In this document: positions 62,675-64,000 of the stretch, in pieces
Layout of the letters: each line of letters opens with the position of its first letter
Numbering within the stretch: the stretch's first letter is position 1
NCBI RefSeq assembly: GCF_036365525.1
Contig: NW_027141363.1
Location: 124,001-188,000, forward strand
DNA length: 64,000 nucleotides
Reading direction: 5' to 3'
Origin: Heterodontus francisci
Taxonomy: Eukaryota
Notes under the pieces: generated by a model
What the model was told of the DNA's origin: nothing
The model's input: the letters and a program-made list of their open reading frames with translations, nothing else
The model's database searches: none
Program-made: the position numbers and the translations under genes

Positions 62675-62949
62675 GTAGATTGCTGTTTGTATATGGTGCA
62701 GATGGGTGATTCTGGGATGTCCCGTGTCACCCACAAAAATGAGACAGTTTACGCACTGCCCTCCTTTTTGTGAGGGACACAGTGAATATCGGATCTGTAA
62801 AACAGGGTGAACACTTCACTAAAACTCTAGGGAACTGAACCAGATGCTCGCTGTCTGGAGAGAGGGCTGGCATGTCTGGGTATTATTCTGTCAAGAATGC
62901 ACTTGAGGATTCAGGTTTTCTAGTGAGTGTCAGACACAGCAGCAGGATC

Positions 62950-64000
62950 CTGACAGACTCTATGTGAAGGGCAGTCACTCTCGTCTCACCTCTTGAGTTC
63001 CACTCTTTTGTCCGTGTTTGAACCACAGCTATGATGAGGTCTGGAGCTGAGTGACCCTGGCGGAGCACAAACTGACCATCACTGAACAGGTAATTGCTGA
63101 GCAAGTATCATTTGATAGCACTGTCGATGACACCTTCCATCATTTTACTGATGATAGAGAGTAGACTGATGGGACGGTAATTGGGTGGGTTGAACTTGCC
63201 CTGCTTTGACTTGTCATGCTTTTTATGCACAGGACATGCCTGAGCAGATTTACACATTGCAGGGTAGATGCCAGTGTTGTAGCTGTACCAGAATAGCTTG
63301 GCTCAGGATGCAACAAGTTCTGGAGCACAGGTCTTCAGTACTACTTCAGGGATATTGTCAGGGCCCATAGCATTTGCAGTATTCAATGCCTTCAGTCATT
63401 TCTTGATATCAGCTGGAGTGAATCGAATTGTCATCTGTGATGTTGGGGACTTCAGGAGCAGGCCGAGGTGGATCATCTACTCGGCACTTCTGGCTGAAGA
63501 TGGTTGCAAATGCTTGAGTCTTATCTTTCGCACTAATGTGCTGGGCTCCCTGATCTTTGAGGATGGGGATATTTCTGGGGCCTCCTCCTCCAGTTAGTTG
63601 TTTAATTATCTACTGCCCTTTATGACTGGATGTGGCAGGACTGCAGAGCTTAGATCTGATCCGTTGGTTATGGGATCGCTTAGCTCTGTCTATCACATGC
63701 TGCTTCTGCTGTTTGGCACGCAGATTGTCCTGGGTTGTAGTTTCACCAGGCTGACACCTCATTTTGAGGTATGCCTTGTGCTGCACTTTACATGCCCTCC
63801 TGCACTTTTCATTGAACCATGTTTGGTCTCCTGGCTTGATGGTCATGATAGAGTGGGGAATATACCGGACCATGAGGTTACAGATTGTGGTTGAGTACAA
63901 TTCTGCTGCTGTTGTTGTTCCCACAGCACCTCATGGATGCCCATTGTTGCATTGCTAGATTTGTTTGAATCTATCCCATTTAGCATGGTGATAGTGCCAG
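62950..64000 (-). mobile_element. Non-LTR LINE fragment (region upstream of and into RT)
   Basis: KPGDQTWFNEKCRRAC, GPDNIP-like and FVLRQGHSAPDLI motifs. Confidence 0.75.

Overview
Vertebrate genomic DNA, almost certainly cartilaginous fish (shark-type CR1/L2 LINEs, HE1-like V-SINEs, TCR V families). The window holds the V-segment array of a translocon-type T-cell receptor locus, most likely TCR beta. I find 17 V segments with a 23-bp-spacer RSS, all on the minus strand, plus one RSS-less V relic (27.2 kb). Eight look fully intact (leader exon, intron, V exon, RSS): 4.2, 6.2, 10.8, 14.1, 16.3, 18.5, 35.3 and 42.0 kb. Three are open but compromised: 20.6 kb (Cys23->Trp), 23.9 kb (dead splice acceptor) and 30.1 kb (no intact leader found). 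Six are clear pseudogenes: 25.1, 37.3, 45.3, 49.5, 51.0 and 54.7 kb; those at 45.3 and 51.0 kb are not shown as V ORFs in the supplied track. No D, J or C segments are seen; they should lie toward lower coordinates. The array grew by duplication: 1-6.5 kb vs 31.7-37.6 kb, a ~2.2-kb four-copy tandem, and a ~5-6 kb tandem pair at 44.7-55.4 kb. Beyond the last V, a spliced plus-strand gene (60.1-62.7 kb) encodes a signal peptide and a GP2/uromodulin/OIT3-type D8C/D10C domain with an altered cysteine pattern. The most striking unexplained structure is an 8x45-bp tandem array of near-perfect CTCF motifs 37 bp beyond one V RSS. Also notable are an intact V with a very short CDR2 carrying an extra Cys pair, and a 62-bp minisatellite carrying perfect RSS heptamers. 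Coordinates were counted by hand; repeat boundaries are approximate and family names come from motif recognition, not database searches.
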